DNA of 64,000 bases. Origin: Microcoleus sp. Its GTDB lineage: Bacteria; Cyanobacteriota; Cyanobacteriia; Cyanobacteriales; Microcoleaceae. The notes beneath the pieces were generated by a model. It was not told where the DNA came from and did not search any database. It worked only from the letters and a program-made list of their open reading frames with translations. Made by a program: the position numbers and the translations under genes. Within the stretch, counting starts at the first letter, position 1; every line of letters begins with the position of its first letter. The DNA lies in contig CP181291.1 of the NCBI GenBank assembly GCA_052279835.1, positions 4,672,001-4,736,000 on the forward strand, read 5' to 3'. Shown here one piece after another: positions 62,601-64,000 of this stretch.

Positions 62601-63442
62601 TTCTGTCTCATCCTATTTGATAGTTGTTGAAATGATTCAAAATCTATTGCTGTAGCACCCGTCCCCTGGTTTGCCAAACCGAGTTCCCTACAAATAATTT
62701 TATAAACTTCTTTAGAAAATCCCCCCTTAAAATCCCATTGTCTACCTTCTTCTGCCATTGTTACAATACCTGAGATATTTGGATATCTATAACCAAGTTG
62801 ATTGTTTACAATATAAGCTGAGAGTTGATTACTATATTTAAATTTTAAAGGACGCAGCTCCTTTAGTAGTAGCAACAACTCAATACGTGCGTCCCTGCGT
62901 CGCTTCTCATCTGCCTCCCTGCGTCGCTCCTCATCTGCCTCCCTGCGTCGCTCCTCATCTGCCTCCCTGCGTCGCTCCTCCTCTGCTTCCCTGCGTTGCT
63001 CCTCCTCTGCCGCTCTAAGCTGACTCTCTAAGTTATCTCGCTCAACACTTAGTTCATGTCTGCCATCAACTCCAACCAACTCTCTCGTTACAAGGTCAAG
63101 CCAACTAGGTTTTGGAGAGCCTATATTTTTCCAGATACTCTCTACTTTTTGCTTTAAACCACATAATTCATTTTTGTAACTTTGAGGGATATCGTTTGCG
63201 TTTAGCCAAAGCTTACTAACTTGTTCGCCTTTTTCGGTGGTTTCAATTTCATACCATAAATTGACTGTTTCAAAAGCTTCGCCACTGTCCAGTTTTTGAG
63301 CTAATTCAGGATGTTTTCTCCTGATTTTTTTAATATGGCAGAAAACTTTTCCATCAGGATTAAAAAAAGTACGACCGACAAATCCAAATCCTCTATCACG
63401 ATTCCAATTGTAGCTGTTGATACTGCCAAAGTCTATTGTCAT
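62597..63442 (-). CDS. Cold-shock-domain-like protein with a charged tandem repeat and an unknown C-terminal domain
   Basis: RGFGFV and VFCHI RNP-like motifs; 24-bp repeat encoding RRREADEE. Confidence 0.72.
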   Translation of the reverse strand: MTIDFGSINSYNWNRDRGFGFVGRTFFNPDGKVFCHIKKIRRKHPELAQKLDSGEAFETVNLWYEIETTEKGEQVSKLWLNANDIPQSYKNELCGLKQKVESIWKNIGSPKPSWLDLVTRELVGVDGRHELSVERDNLESQLRAAEEEQRREAEEERRREADEERRREADEERRREADEKRRRDARIELLLLLKELRPLKFKYSNQLSAYIVNNQLGYRYPNISGIVTMAEEGRQWDFKGGFSKEVYKIICRELGLANQGTGATAIDFESFQQLSNRMRQK

Positions 63443-63466
63443 AAAGCTAATTCTCTATATAGCCGA

Positions 63467-63496
63467 ATAATACCGCAGCTTGATGATGTATGTCAA
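63467..63496 (-). promoter_or_regulatory. Sigma70-type promoter facing the cassette genes
   Basis: Minus strand TTGACA-18 bp-TATTAT. Confidence 0.55.
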
Positions 63497-63643
63497 CCCC
63501 TTCTTACTCCCCATCGGAATCTTTTTTCCTCGATCGAGTTCGCCGCACGATTCGATTCAAACACTTAAGCCGTCGCACTGAAAAAAGTTATCTATATTAG
63601 ATTTTAGATGAGAGTCGATCGCACACTTTCGGCGATCGGTGCA

Positions 63644-63976
63644 TTATGATAAAGCAAGCAGCGATAAAGTCTCATCTTCATAAAATAATTCGATCGCGTT
63701 GAACTCCCGACGCAGCAAATTTTCAATTTGTAATGTCGAACAGTTTCCAAGGCGAAGCCAAATAACTTTTGGTGGATTCCCAAATACTAAGCTCAGATCG
63801 TGCATATCCGCGTCTTTCGAGACAATCATCAAATTATTGTCTTTTGCATAATCCCAAACTATTGGGTCGATCGTTGCTTTCATTCCCACATCTCGAACAT
63901 GAAGCGAATTTGGGAAAATATCGCTCAAACGATTCGGCAACTTGGGCGACAAGTTTTCATCAAAAAGTAATTTCAT
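63644..63976 (-). CDS. DUF5615 PIN-like toxin
   Basis: MKLLFDENLS, IVSKDADM, PPKVIWLRLGN. Confidence 0.88.
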   Translation of the reverse strand: MKLLFDENLSPKLPNRLSDIFPNSLHVRDVGMKATIDPIVWDYAKDNNLMIVSKDADMHDLSLVFGNPPKVIWLRLGNCSTLQIENLLRREFNAIELFYEDETLSLLALS

Positions 63977-64000
63977 GCGGATAAGGTCGCAGTCATAAAC
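63973..64000 (-). CDS. 3' end of the upstream partner gene (probably DUF433 antitoxin), truncated by window edge
   Basis: Reads FMTATLSA* with ATGA overlap on the DUF5615 start. Confidence 0.45.

Noticed and set aside
62890..63010. CRISPR array
   Set aside because: 24-bp units are contiguous with no spacers and encode an E/R-rich helix; no cas genes in the window

Overview
Chromosomal segment of a cyanobacterium, inferred to be filamentous and Oscillatoriales-like (dense HIP1 GCGATCGC, petM/ycf39, PEP-CTERM, STRR and palindromic repeats). A housekeeping backbone (tocopherol methyltransferase, ktrBA, tldD, hik2-like kinase, msrA, murE, ffh, metG, hrcA, tRNA-Pro, ispG, two NAD kinases, pdxA, petM, ycf39) carries three accessory layers. 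(1) An orphan PPTase plus three-module NRPS cluster (9.4-24.6 kb) predicted by eye as Ile / N-methyl-Leu / Phe-TE, with an atypical first C domain. (2) Many small palindromic elements that nest, target each other, and are inserted in frame and translated inside the NRPS genes, a giant kinase and MurE. (3) A toxin-antitoxin-rich array at 58-64 kb with one complete and one half attC-like site, three copies of a higA 3' remnant heading each module, and an IS5-family element splitting an antitoxin; this reads as an integrase-less integron-like cassette array. Five single-base insertions in short homopolymers (one in ffh) are most likely sequencing errors. All calls are by inspection; no database search was run.
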